64,000 bases of DNA from a virus. Taxonomy: Duplodnaviria > Caudoviricetes. The stretch is from positions 2,193 through 66,192 of IMG/VR virus record IMGVR_UViG_3300020419_000014. One strand, written 5' to 3'. The notes under the pieces were generated by a model. That model saw only the letters and a program-made list of their open reading frames with translations. It was not told where the DNA came from and searched no databases. Each line of letters begins with the position of its first letter. Within the stretch, counting starts at the first letter, position 1. Shown here piece by piece: positions 20,713 through 31,480 of the stretch. A program made the position numbers and the translations under genes.

Positions 20713-23034
20713 ATGGCAAATAGATTTCCAATTATACTTGATACAAATGATAATAACCGTCTAAAGGAATTGCCAAATGGTGACAGCTTAGACTTAGCTA
20801 ATGGCGGTATTAGAAATGCTACATTTATAGAAGCAACACAATTAATTTTAGCAGGAACTACACTAACACCTTTTAGCGGATCGTATACTGACTTAACTAA
20901 CAAACCTACTATTCCATCAGATATAAATGAACTAACTGATACACAAAATTTACTAACTGGTACTACCTTTGCTACTATTACAGGTAAGCCAACTACATTA
21001 TCAGGTTATGGAATCACAGATGGATTTGATGGCAAGTATTCAAGTCTAACACTAGTACCTAATTTTGCTCCAGTAGCTACAGCAGGTACATTTACTAGCC
21101 TGTCAGGGAAACCAACTACAGTATCCGGATACGGAATAACAGATGCACTTACAGGTACATCTAATCTAGCAGATTTAGCAAATGTAAATAATGCAACTCC
21201 TACAGATGGACAATTACTATCTTGGGATAACGCAAACAGTTATTGGAAACCAATAACAGCATCAGGAACTGGTACTGTTACAAGCGTTATAGCTAGTACA
21301 GGACTTACTGGTGGTACTATTACAGCATCAGGAACAATAGCAGTTGACGTTGGTACCGGTGCTAATCAAATTGTTCAACTAGACTCTAGTGGTAAACTTC
21401 CTAATGTAGACGGTGTACAACTTTTTAATGTTAATATTACATCTTTAAATAACTCAGCAGATGTTACATATGCAAATCCGCAAGTAGGACAAGTATTAAA
21501 GTATGACGGAGCGAAATGGACTAATGCTAGTGATACTGGTGGCGGTGGATCAATTACTTTTGTAGGTGATGATTCTACAGGTACAACAGTTGACGGAAGC
21601 GAAACATTTAAAATAGCGGGTGGTACTGGAATTACAACAGCAGTATCAGGAGACACATTAACAATTACAGCAAGTGCTTCTTTAACTGATGTTGTCAACG
21701 ATACAACACCACAACTTGGTGGCGATTTAGATGGACAAGCATTTAACATTACAACTACAGGAAAAATATTATTTGCAAACAAGTATGATAACCTAGTTGA
21801 TTTACCAAACGCAACAACCTATCACGGTATGTTCGCACACGTACATGCAACAGGCAAAGCATATTTTGCTCATGGCGGTGTATGGCTACCTCTTGCTAAC
21901 GAAAGTGCTTTAGCTGATTACCAAACCACATCTGGCTTAAACGCAGCCATTGATTCACATTTAAACCAAACTAGCCCTACAGCCGGATATGTTTTAAGTT
22001 GGTCTGGAACTGATTATGCATGGGTTTCAAATGCAGGTGGAGGAGGTGGCGGATCTCTCGGTAACTTCACGTTTGGCTCAAGTAATATGGACACAGATGA
22101 TTCAAGTGGTATTAATATTATTCCACAGGTTACAGTTCAATCTGATTTAATTGTTGAAAATGATCTTACTGTAAACAACACAGTGACAGCTACAGAATTT
22201 ATTAGTACTTCAGCAGGAACTCCAGAAATACGTTCAGCAACTAATTTAGATTTATACGCAAATGGTTCAGTAGTAATAAAAGACGGAGCTCTAAGATTAT
22301 TCAGTGCAATCACTACTGTTAGAGATGCATTATCTGCATCAGCAGGTGATACAATTTATAATTCAACTGTAAACAGAACACAAGTATACAACGGAAGTGC
22401 TTGGGTTAGTCAAGCATTAAGTACAGATATTCCAACAAATACTAACCAACTAACTAACGGTGCGGGATTTGCTACACTTGCAAGTCCAACTTTTACAGGA
22501 ACAGTAAATGGTATTACATCTACAATGGTTGGCCTAGGCAATGTAACAAACGAATCTAAAACTTCAATGTTTACTGATCCATCTTTTTCAGGAACAGTAG
22601 CAGGTGTTACAAAATCTATGGTTGGACTTAGTAATGTAGATAATCAATCCAAAGCAACTATGTTTACAGACCCAACATTCACAGGAACAATGTCAGGAAC
22701 ATTTGGTGGCACAGTACAAAATACATTTACAGTTACTAACAACGGAGCAAGTGACTATACATACGCACAAGATAATAAATTTTTTACAGCAAACAAAAAC
22801 GATCCAATTTTATATTTAAGACGGGGAGAAACCTATAAATTTGTTATTTCAGCATCAGGACATCCTTTTGAAATTAGAGTTTCAAACGGTGGATCTGCTT
22901 ATTCAGATGGAATCACAAACAACTCAATAGCTTCAGGTACGCTTACATTTGTAGTTCCAATGGATGCTCCAGCAACTTTATATTATCAATGTACAGCTCA
23001 CAGTGGTATGGGCAACACTATTAACATAGTTTAG
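20713..23034 (+). CDS. tail fibre-like protein with C-terminal cupredoxin-like domain
   Basis: GKPTTLSGYGITD, DTTPQLGGDLD and GLGNVTNES repeats; ends with HPF...LYYQCTAH.GMG; TAAATA at 20687. Confidence 0.8.
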   Translation: MANRFPIILDTNDNNRLKELPNGDSLDLANGGIRNATFIEATQLILAGTTLTPFSGSYTDLTNKPTIPSDINELTDTQNLLTGTTFATITGKPTTLSGYGITDGFDGKYSSLTLVPNFAPVATAGTFTSLSGKPTTVSGYGITDALTGTSNLADLANVNNATPTDGQLLSWDNANSYWKPITASGTGTVTSVIASTGLTGGTITASGTIAVDVGTGANQIVQLDSSGKLPNVDGVQLFNVNITSLNNSADVTYANPQVGQVLKYDGAKWTNASDTGGGGSITFVGDDSTGTTVDGSETFKIAGGTGITTAVSGDTLTITASASLTDVVNDTTPQLGGDLDGQAFNITTTGKILFANKYDNLVDLPNATTYHGMFAHVHATGKAYFAHGGVWLPLANESALADYQTTSGLNAAIDSHLNQTSPTAGYVLSWSGTDYAWVSNAGGGGGGSLGNFTFGSSNMDTDDSSGINIIPQVTVQSDLIVENDLTVNNTVTATEFISTSAGTPEIRSATNLDLYANGSVVIKDGALRLFSAITTVRDALSASAGDTIYNSTVNRTQVYNGSAWVSQALSTDIPTNTNQLTNGAGFATLASPTFTGTVNGITSTMVGLGNVTNESKTSMFTDPSFSGTVAGVTKSMVGLSNVDNQSKATMFTDPTFTGTMSGTFGGTVQNTFTVTNNGASDYTYAQDNKFFTANKNDPILYLRRGETYKFVISASGHPFEIRVSNGGSAYSDGITNNSIASGTLTFVVPMDAPATLYYQCTAHSGMGNTINIV

Positions 23035-23043
23035 GAGACTATT

Positions 23044-23310
23044 ATGGCCGCGAACGGAATATCAACACTAACACTCAAAGCAACTAGACAAGACACTAAA
23101 CTTGCAAAAGCAACAGCAAAACGTGAAGGCAAAACTGTAGCGGCAGATGGAACAATTAGCGGAAGCACTGATCCCAGTGCAGTAGCATACAGAGAAAGAA
23201 ATACTCTTAATCTTAGCCAATTACCAACTAGATATAACGCTTCAAGTAACACAGGTGCTTTAGTAGATAATGCCGGTACACTTGTTGTTGGCAGGCCATG
23301 GACAGCATAG
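23044..23310 (+). CDS. small virion-associated hypothetical protein
   Basis: AGGAG SD; lies within the structural operon. Confidence 0.7.
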   Translation: MAANGISTLTLKATRQDTKLAKATAKREGKTVAADGTISGSTDPSAVAYRERNTLNLSQLPTRYNASSNTGALVDNAGTLVVGRPWTA

Positions 23311-26076
23311 ATGGCAGAAAAAGAATACATTGTAAGTCTTAATAGAGGCGTTGACTATGACGCCTTTAATTCTGAAATGATTGCATCAACAGGTGCAGGC
23401 GACATTCCTAATAGAACAGTAGCAGTAGAAAACGCTAGACCTTTAAGTCAGCGTAATACTCATTATATGTTAACAGATGCAGAAGCAGAAACTTTAAAAA
23501 GTGACAGCAGAGTATATGGTGTAGAATTAAGACCAGAAGATAGAGATGATGTTCAAATCGGTTACAATGCTCAACAATTTGGAGAGTGGCGTAAAACGTC
23601 AGCTGATTCTCAAAATGACCTAAACTGGGGCATGATGCGAGGTATTCATCGAGCTGATGTATGGAATCAAGAAGTTTCAACTACACTTCCATTTAATTAT
23701 AATTTAACAGGCAAAGGTGTAGATGTTGTAATACAAGATACAGGACTTGACATAGGACATATTGAGTTTACAGATAGCGATGGTGCATCAAGAGTACAAC
23801 AGATAGATTGGTATTCAGCTAGTGGTGTAGCAGGAGGACAAGCTGCAACTCATGATAGAGACTATGATGGTCATGGAACACACGTTGGTGGTACTGTAGC
23901 AGGTCGCACAATGGGCTGGGCTAAAGATGCAAAAATTTATGCAGTAAAAGTACAAGGATTAGAAGGATCAGGTGATAGCGGTGGCATACCAGTTTCAGAT
24001 TGTTTTGATGTTATTAAAGGTTGGCATAACAATAAACCTGTGGATCCAGAAACTGGTTACAAAAGACCAACAGTAGTAAACATGAGTTGGGGATATAGTT
24101 TTAGTTCTAGTGCAACTCCAACTGTAGGAAACTATAGAGGTAATGCATGGACTTATGGTGATTCAGGTTATGCATCTAGTGCTGAACTATATGCAAATGC
24201 TGGTATAGTTCCAGCATATTTTTCTGGCTCAACAAGAAAGATTGGCTCAAGATTAACAAGTGTCGATACAGACGTACAAGAAATGATTGATGCAGGAATA
24301 CACATATGTATAGCCGCAGGTAATAGTTTTTATTATATAGATAATGCTAACGGACAGGACTATAACAATACTGTTACTATAAGCGGTAGTACACGATCTT
24401 ATAATCAAGGATCAAGTCCATTTGATGACGAAGCATTTATAGTTGGTAATATAGACATAGACTATACAAATAATTTAGAAAACAAAGCTGGAAGCAGTTG
24501 TTGTGGTCCTGGCGTTAACATCTACGCACCGGGCACACAGATAATGAGTGCAAGTTCTAATGATAATACTAGTGGTACAAACGACCTTGCTGCTTATTAT
24601 GGAAATAGACAAAATCATTTGCTAGATGCTAGTCAATACATATTTAAAATTTCTGGTACTAGTATGGCATCACCTAATGTTGCAGGTTTATTAGCGTGTG
24701 CTTTAGAAAAAGAACCTGGATGGACACCTGCTGAAGCAAAAAAATGGATGATTAAAAATTCAACATCTGGCAAACTATATAACGGAACAACTGACGACTG
24801 GGACGACAGTGACAGTATTAACCTTATAGGTAACAGCGTAAATTATTCATCAGGTAGTGTAACTACAATAGATGACCGTCCTCCTTTTACAAAAGAATTA
24901 AATGTTCGAGGAATTAAACTTCTTGGACACGGACCATATGATATAACGTTTCAAGGAATTAGTAATACGTTTATGGAAAAAACAGCACGAACAATAGAAC
25001 TAATGTTAGACCCAGAAGCAGCAGGCATAGATAAATCAAAACAAATGATTACAATAGATGCAATGGCTGATGAAACTAAAGGCGATAACACGTGGGGCAA
25101 AGGACCTGTTGCTCAAAGAATTGGATACATTAACGGTGATCAATATACTAGATCAATATTAAACAGTCCCGAAACTTATTATCCGGGATATAGTGAAACA
25201 TCATATTCTTATAGAGCTGTTGACTATGTTTGGGAATATCCAGACGATAATGCATCAGGATCTGGCGTAGAAAATTGGAATGGATACACAGCTGGTGGAC
25301 AAATTACAGAAATAATTGAACACGTATTGCATACAATATGTCAATACGGATTACCATATGCTTACCCTTATGAAATGAATATTCTAAATGGACAGATAGG
25401 CAGTCCATTAATGACTGCAATGCAAGAGGCTATTGACAATAATGTATTCGACGTGTCAGGATATTCTGGATTGTATACTCCAGATTCAACACCAGATCTT
25501 GATGAACTTTACGCAGGAATACTTGCTGTTGCTCAAGGTACGCCACACAAATATGCGGAATATCTAAATGAAGTTGTTAGTGGTCGCAAAAGAGGTGACA
25601 TTAATAACAATGGCGTCATTAACATTGACGATGTTATGGCGTTTCTATCATTTAAGAATGGATCATCAAATGCTTACATTACAGATACTATTATTACACC
25701 ATTAAGTTATAATGGATATTATGCCGCTATTGCAAGAGAATATCAATACTTGTTAATTTTTGCAATGTGGGAATATATAACTGTATACATTTCAGGAGGA
25801 AGTTTATCACCAGAATGGAACGATAACTCAAGAACACAAGCAGGAGTACAAACAAATAATCCATTAGGATATGCATTATATAATAATTTTATTAGTAAAG
25901 TTATATCAAAACCCACACAAGCTACGTTAGATGCAATGTTTGCTGTCAGTGGTGCTTCGGGATATATTCCTGTAGAAAATACCAATAGAATTTTATATAC
26001 ACCGTTTAATAAAAAGGATACTTTGACAGTAGGTAACTTTACTGCAACAGGTTCAGTTAGCGTTGCAAACAAATAA
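23311..26076 (+). CDS. subtilisin-family (S8) serine protease with extra C-terminal domain
   Basis: Catalytic triad IQDTG / HGTHVGG / GTSMASP, AAGN; later EHVLH and GDINNNG motifs. Confidence 0.9.
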   Translation: MAEKEYIVSLNRGVDYDAFNSEMIASTGAGDIPNRTVAVENARPLSQRNTHYMLTDAEAETLKSDSRVYGVELRPEDRDDVQIGYNAQQFGEWRKTSADSQNDLNWGMMRGIHRADVWNQEVSTTLPFNYNLTGKGVDVVIQDTGLDIGHIEFTDSDGASRVQQIDWYSASGVAGGQAATHDRDYDGHGTHVGGTVAGRTMGWAKDAKIYAVKVQGLEGSGDSGGIPVSDCFDVIKGWHNNKPVDPETGYKRPTVVNMSWGYSFSSSATPTVGNYRGNAWTYGDSGYASSAELYANAGIVPAYFSGSTRKIGSRLTSVDTDVQEMIDAGIHICIAAGNSFYYIDNANGQDYNNTVTISGSTRSYNQGSSPFDDEAFIVGNIDIDYTNNLENKAGSSCCGPGVNIYAPGTQIMSASSNDNTSGTNDLAAYYGNRQNHLLDASQYIFKISGTSMASPNVAGLLACALEKEPGWTPAEAKKWMIKNSTSGKLYNGTTDDWDDSDSINLIGNSVNYSSGSVTTIDDRPPFTKELNVRGIKLLGHGPYDITFQGISNTFMEKTARTIELMLDPEAAGIDKSKQMITIDAMADETKGDNTWGKGPVAQRIGYINGDQYTRSILNSPETYYPGYSETSYSYRAVDYVWEYPDDNASGSGVENWNGYTAGGQITEIIEHVLHTICQYGLPYAYPYEMNILNGQIGSPLMTAMQEAIDNNVFDVSGYSGLYTPDSTPDLDELYAGILAVAQGTPHKYAEYLNEVVSGRKRGDINNNGVINIDDVMAFLSFKNGSSNAYITDTIITPLSYNGYYAAIAREYQYLLIFAMWEYITVYISGGSLSPEWNDNSRTQAGVQTNNPLGYALYNNFISKVISKPTQATLDAMFAVSGASGYIPVENTNRILYTPFNKKDTLTVGNFTATGSVSVANK

Positions 26077-26099
26077 ATACATACGTAAGGAAAAATGAT

Positions 26100-26810
26100 A
26101 TGACAGTGAAAAAAATTAATATAGGACAGTTAGCAAACGACGGTACAGGCGATGATATTAGAACCGCGTTTGATAAAGTTAACGATAATTTTGAAGACTT
26201 AAACGGAAGATTCCCTACGGCAGCAAGTGGTGAAAACTTAGGTGCAATCGGCGAAGGTATATTTGAAAGTGCTACAAATTCTAAATTAAGTTTTAAGAAG
26301 ATTATTGGTGGTGACAATATTACACTTACTTCTTCTATAACTGGCATTACAATTACATCACCATCAAGTTTAGATCAATTAATTGCTGTTTCTGATAACG
26401 GTACTGTAACTGTTACTAGAGGGCAGACAATGTCTATTCAAGGCTCTAACGGAATAACTACTTCTGTTACAGGGCAAAATTTATTTGTAAGTGCTACAAA
26501 TGGTGTATTAGAAGCAGACGGTGCTCCTAAATTATCCACACAATTAGATGCAAATAATAATAATATTATTAACGGTGGTAGCATTACAGCAAGTGCGTTT
26601 AATGGTCCGATAGAAGGACTTGTATATGGTGTTGATGTACGAGATCTGCAAGCAGCGGCTGGTAATAACGCATTTGACTTTGGAAAATTAAGTCAACGTT
26701 ATACTAATTTACTAGACTTCCTGCAAAGAGAAACAGATGTCGATATGGGTAAATTTATAAATCCTGGTGTTTCAACTGCAATAATAGACCTAGAGACGAT
26801 CGCATCATAA
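26100..26810 (+). CDS. baseplate/fibre protein with gp9/gp10-like N-terminus
   Basis: INIGQLANDGTGDDIRTAFDKVN.NF; TAAATA at 26074. Confidence 0.8.
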   Translation: MTVKKINIGQLANDGTGDDIRTAFDKVNDNFEDLNGRFPTAASGENLGAIGEGIFESATNSKLSFKKIIGGDNITLTSSITGITITSPSSLDQLIAVSDNGTVTVTRGQTMSIQGSNGITTSVTGQNLFVSATNGVLEADGAPKLSTQLDANNNNIINGGSITASAFNGPIEGLVYGVDVRDLQAAAGNNAFDFGKLSQRYTNLLDFLQRETDVDMGKFINPGVSTAIIDLETIAS

Positions 26811-26843
26811 ATTCCGATAAATACTTAAAAGTTAGGAATTAAA

Positions 26844-29800
26844 ATGGCAGTATTTTGGACACAGTTTTCTGGGCAAACATTACAAACATTAACTGAAGGC
26901 GTTTCTACTACAGTAGATTTACCTTTAGATTTGAGTATTGTATCAGAAGATTCTAGTCTCTATACTGTTACACACATAAGTGGCGACTTACCACTAGGTA
27001 TGGTATTACAGGATAATTCAATAACAGGTACACCAAGAGAAGTTACTAGAGATACAGAATATAAGTTTGTATTAAGAGCTTCCTACAATAATCAAATAAG
27101 TGATAGAACATTTATAATAAAAGTAATCGGGCCAGATACACCTACATGGAAAACAGCAGAAGGATTACTTCCAGTAGGTCAAAACGATATGTTCTTTATT
27201 TTGGACAATACACCTATTGACTTTCAACTAATAGCTGAAGATTCAGATCAATTAGCAGGACAAAAGCTAGAATACTTTGTAGGTTCAGGCGATGGGGAAC
27301 TTCCACCAGGTATTACTTTAACTACAGACGGAAAGCTAGTTGGTATAGTTGATCCAATACTTGCTATTGAAAAACGATTAGATACAGGAAATTACGATGG
27401 TATACAATATGATGCTGTTGGATACGACTTTGGTTTAAGAAGTAATAACGGATTTGATAGTTTCTTCTATGATACTACAATTTATGATTTATCAGTTCCT
27501 ACAAGGTCACCAAGAAAATTAAATAGAAATTATGAATTTATTGTTTCTGTAAACGATGGTGATACTATTGCAAGAAGAAAATTTAAAATTTTTGTAGTAG
27601 GAGATGACTTTGTAAGATCTGACAATACAATAATGCAAGTTGACACTGGTGTGTTTACAGCAGACAATACACACATAAGAGTACCAATATGGCTAACTCC
27701 AAGAAACTTTGGTTATCGAAGAGCTAACAATTATGTAACATTATTTTTAGATGTATTAGATACTAACGAATTATTAGGAGTTCTTACTTATACGCTACAA
27801 GAAGTAAACGACGATGGAAGTACAAGCACACTACCTGAAGGTTTATACTTAGATAGTACTACAGGAGAGATTGCTGGTCGAGTACCTTACCAACCAAATG
27901 TTACAAAAGAATATAAGTTTACAATAAAGGCTAGTAGATTTGGACCTGCAACAAATAAGCAATATGTAAATTTAGCTATTCACGAAGATATTCCTGTAGG
28001 ATCTAATACCTTAAAGGTTACAAAAAACCAAGATGTGTCTTTACTAGTTGGTAGACAAATTGAAATTGATGAAAGATCATTTACAATTACAAAAGTTGAT
28101 ACAACAGAATCAGCTGATTACGATGTAATTTACTTAGGTCAAAATATAACTGTTACAGTATTTGAAAATGCATTACCAAATCAAACAGAAATTAAAATTA
28201 ACAAAATAGGAAATCCTTATCTTACAAATATTATAGGAAAACAACTTACGTTTGGTGATTTTACTTATACTGTTGCTACTGTTGATCCGAACGAAAAAGT
28301 TTACAGATGTAGAATGAATCATACTTCAAGCACATTTGCTTCAGATTTTAATAAAACTCGTTGGGAAGAAGTTGTTGGAGCATCAACTACTGGTGTAACA
28401 ACTTGGAATTCAGAAGCTGAATATGTTGTAGATCAACAAGTAAAATACAATGCAACAAACTTTGAAAAAATAACTGTTAGTACAAATATAGCAACAACTG
28501 TTTATGCTGGTGCTGTTACTCCAATTGAATTGATACCGTTATATACAACAAGAATAGTAAAAGAAAACGAACCTTTTGAATTTAATTTATATAATGCTCT
28601 TGAAAATGAAAGGGCAGAAGCTAATAAAACTTTTACAGTTAGTACACTAGGTGATGTAGATTCTACAATAACTTGGAAGACTCCTGCAAAATTTGAAAGT
28701 ATAAGTGCTAATTATGTTTCGAACTTATCAGTAATAGCATCAAGTAATGTTCCAAACGCAAAATTAATTTATGCGTTATCTGGAGGGAAACTTCCACCAG
28801 GATTAACTTTATTACTTGACGGATCTATATCAGGTAAAATTACAACCTTTGGAAGTAATGCACTAACACAATTTGACACAGGGACTTTTATACTAGATGG
28901 TAATACATCAACTATAGATAGAAAATTTACATTTGAAGTTTCTGTACAAGATCAATTTAAATATAGCGTAACTAAAAAAGAATTTAACATTACTATAGGT
29001 GATCCTGATAATAAAACATATAGTAATATATTTGCTAGACCAATGTTAAAGCAAACGCAAAGAACAGCCTTTAATACTTTTATTAGTAATACTGAAGTGT
29101 TTAATCCAGAATACATTTATAGACCAGATGATCCAAATTTTGGAATACAGAGAAAAATTAACATGCTTGTGTATTCAGGAATTGAAACTAAAACAATAGA
29201 TCATTACGTTGCAGCAATAGCTAAGAATCATAAAAGAAAAAGTTTTAAATTAGGTTCTGTAAAAACAGCGGTGGCGAAACTTCCAGGAACACAAGATATT
29301 GTTTACGAAGTTGTATACTTAGAAGTATTAGATCCTTACTTACCTGCAAAAGGCAATGTAAAGAAACACATCAAAATAGATAACAAAACAAAACTATTAG
29401 CAAGCGAATCTCAGTTTGGTGATAAGCCTTCACCGTTTATCAGCTTTAGCTTACAATCAAGAACACTAGGTGATAGCACAGAAGGAGTTGTAAATGTTAT
29501 TCCAAGTCAAGGAAATATTTCTGTGTTACAAAGATCTGGCATTGAAGTAATATCTGGTACTAATAATGAATTACAGGTAGGCTTGCGAGATTTATCTACA
29601 GTAACTTTCCCTGCAACAATAAGTTCATATATTGCAGACGAAACAGCTACTAGTCCTTGGTATTTAGAATCAGTTAACACTAATACTATCAAAGTAGACT
29701 CTAATGCAATTAGTAGTGATCAAAGAAATGATACTAAAAAATACATATCAAATATAAAAAATATGAGAGATAATATTGCCGAAAGTGGTGCTACTGTAAG

Positions 29801-30047
29801 AAACTTTTTACCGCTTTGGATGAGAACTGCTCAAGAAGGACAGTTACAAGAATTAGGTTATGTGGCCGCTATACCACTATGTTACACAATATCTGGTAAA
29901 AGTAAAATTGTTAAAAATGCAATAGACTTCCAAAATTTTAACTTTACACAGCTAGATTTTGATATAGATCGCTATATAATAGACAATACAACAGGAAATA
30001 CAAATGAGCAATACTTACTATTCGCAAATTACCAGTTTAACATATAA
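26844..30047 (+). CDS. baseplate wedge-like protein with Ig-like (He_PIG) repeats
   Basis: Several G.LPPG(I/L).L...G.I.G motifs; TAAATA at 26818. Confidence 0.8.
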   Translation: MAVFWTQFSGQTLQTLTEGVSTTVDLPLDLSIVSEDSSLYTVTHISGDLPLGMVLQDNSITGTPREVTRDTEYKFVLRASYNNQISDRTFIIKVIGPDTPTWKTAEGLLPVGQNDMFFILDNTPIDFQLIAEDSDQLAGQKLEYFVGSGDGELPPGITLTTDGKLVGIVDPILAIEKRLDTGNYDGIQYDAVGYDFGLRSNNGFDSFFYDTTIYDLSVPTRSPRKLNRNYEFIVSVNDGDTIARRKFKIFVVGDDFVRSDNTIMQVDTGVFTADNTHIRVPIWLTPRNFGYRRANNYVTLFLDVLDTNELLGVLTYTLQEVNDDGSTSTLPEGLYLDSTTGEIAGRVPYQPNVTKEYKFTIKASRFGPATNKQYVNLAIHEDIPVGSNTLKVTKNQDVSLLVGRQIEIDERSFTITKVDTTESADYDVIYLGQNITVTVFENALPNQTEIKINKIGNPYLTNIIGKQLTFGDFTYTVATVDPNEKVYRCRMNHTSSTFASDFNKTRWEEVVGASTTGVTTWNSEAEYVVDQQVKYNATNFEKITVSTNIATTVYAGAVTPIELIPLYTTRIVKENEPFEFNLYNALENERAEANKTFTVSTLGDVDSTITWKTPAKFESISANYVSNLSVIASSNVPNAKLIYALSGGKLPPGLTLLLDGSISGKITTFGSNALTQFDTGTFILDGNTSTIDRKFTFEVSVQDQFKYSVTKKEFNITIGDPDNKTYSNIFARPMLKQTQRTAFNTFISNTEVFNPEYIYRPDDPNFGIQRKINMLVYSGIETKTIDHYVAAIAKNHKRKSFKLGSVKTAVAKLPGTQDIVYEVVYLEVLDPYLPAKGNVKKHIKIDNKTKLLASESQFGDKPSPFISFSLQSRTLGDSTEGVVNVIPSQGNISVLQRSGIEVISGTNNELQVGLRDLSTVTFPATISSYIADETATSPWYLESVNTNTIKVDSNAISSDQRNDTKKYISNIKNMRDNIAESGATVRNFLPLWMRTAQEGQLQELGYVAAIPLCYTISGKSKIVKNAIDFQNFNFTQLDFDIDRYIIDNTTGNTNEQYLLFANYQFNI

Positions 30048-30089
30048 AAGCAATAAATACTATATAAATAAAGATAGGAGAGATCATTA

Positions 30090-30650
30090 ATGGCTAGTAA
30101 CATACTTACAAGTGATATAAACGAATTATATCCAGTCGCCGGTGCTGATAACGACAGTCAGGGATTTAGAGATAACTTCCGTCTAGTTAAAACAGGGTTA
30201 GCAACAGCGGCTACAGAAATAACCAGCTTGCAAACCACTACCGCAAAGTTAAACGCTAGTAACGACTTTAACGGAAACGTAATAAGAGAAGCAAATTTTA
30301 TTGCTAATTCTGAAGAAGTTTATGTAACAGACGAGATTGTATCAAGTCAAAACATAAGATTTGTAAACGGTAATTATCAAATTATTACAGTCGGTGCTGA
30401 TGTAACACTCACATTAACTGACTGGCCTGCTACAGGTAAATTAGGTAAAATACGTTGTGCAGTAAAAGGCGATGGAACTTCAAGGTTAGTAGAATTTTCC
30501 GCTGGCCCAAATAACGTGTTTAAGAAAGATTCTAATTGGCCTGCAAGTTTTCTAGCTGTTAGTACTACAGATCCAATTTTCATTGACTTATGGTCAAGTG
30601 ATGGTGGACTAACTGTATACGGACAGTATCATGGCCAGTTTACCGCTTAA
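30090..30650 (+). CDS. virion structural protein
   Basis: YPVAGADNDSQGFRDNF N-terminus; late promoters at 30054 and 30063. Confidence 0.7.
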   Translation: MASNILTSDINELYPVAGADNDSQGFRDNFRLVKTGLATAATEITSLQTTTAKLNASNDFNGNVIREANFIANSEEVYVTDEIVSSQNIRFVNGNYQIITVGADVTLTLTDWPATGKLGKIRCAVKGDGTSRLVEFSAGPNNVFKKDSNWPASFLAVSTTDPIFIDLWSSDGGLTVYGQYHGQFTA

Positions 30651-30885
30651 TCCATTTGTAGACGATTTATCAGATATTTCTACTAACGATCTATCTGACA
30701 AAATAAACGACCTTTCTAAAAAGTATTTCATGACTACGAATCCTGAAGTACAAAATCAAATTAGAGTAGTTTTGGAAATGTATAGAGCCGAAGCTGTAAC
30801 AAGACAAGCCAAAGAAACATTAAATCAATCATCTGATAAAGAAAATGGCGAAAATAGTCTTGACAATTTGATTAATATCAGTTAA
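30631..30885 (+). CDS. hypothetical protein
   Basis: Coupled ORF, helical. Confidence 0.65.
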   Translation: MASLPLNPFVDDLSDISTNDLSDKINDLSKKYFMTTNPEVQNQIRVVLEMYRAEAVTRQAKETLNQSSDKENGENSLDNLINIS

Positions 30886-30888
30886 TAT
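30860..30888 (+). promoter_or_regulatory. sigma70-type promoter, leaderless
   Basis: TTGACA(30860-30865)-N17-TAATAT(30883-30888); ATG at 30895. Confidence 0.7.
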
Positions 30889-30894
30889 ATAAAG

Positions 30895-31452
30895 ATGCTT
30901 ATGAAAACAGATTCTCTTGGTATACCCAGATTCTCAAATAAAGATCTAGTCGATATGATCTATAGTGGCCATATTGACAAGTGTCATGTAGTTCTGTGCG
31001 ACCCAAATGATGATGTCTATAAATTTAATGAAGCTATGCGTGAAGAAGGGTTAACTGAACTTACAACTTATATTCCTTTAGATGTTGACGAAAAGACTTT
31101 TGACGGAGTATGTCAAGGTGAATGGTTTATGACAGATGAGTATAAACAACTAAATGTACTAAACTGGCTAGAAGCAAAATTAATGGAAAAGATGCAAACA
31201 ACTAGTACTGCAACTGTACATCTTTCCAAACAATGGGCAAGAGTTAATAAAGAATTTGAAGAATACAAAAAACGAGATATGTTACATTTACTACAATATA
31301 TGATATATCTAGTAGATTTTATGCGAAAAAACAATATTGTATGGGGTGTAGGAAGAGGATCTAGTGTAGCATCGTATGTATTATACTTAATTGGTGTACA
31401 TAAGATAGATTCAATCCACTTTGCCCTGGACTACCAGGAGTTCCTGAGATAA
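30895..31452 (+). CDS. DNA polymerase III alpha (DnaE)-like fragment
   Basis: RV..E...Y...YLVD.MR...IVWGVGRGSSVASYVLYLIGV..ID; ends before the catalytic PDxD motif. Confidence 0.8.
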   Translation: MLMKTDSLGIPRFSNKDLVDMIYSGHIDKCHVVLCDPNDDVYKFNEAMREEGLTELTTYIPLDVDEKTFDGVCQGEWFMTDEYKQLNVLNWLEAKLMEKMQTTSTATVHLSKQWARVNKEFEEYKKRDMLHLLQYMIYLVDFMRKNNIVWGVGRGSSVASYVLYLIGVHKIDSIHFALDYQEFLR

Positions 31453-31480
31453 GTAAGTATATAACTAAGGAGGTATCATT

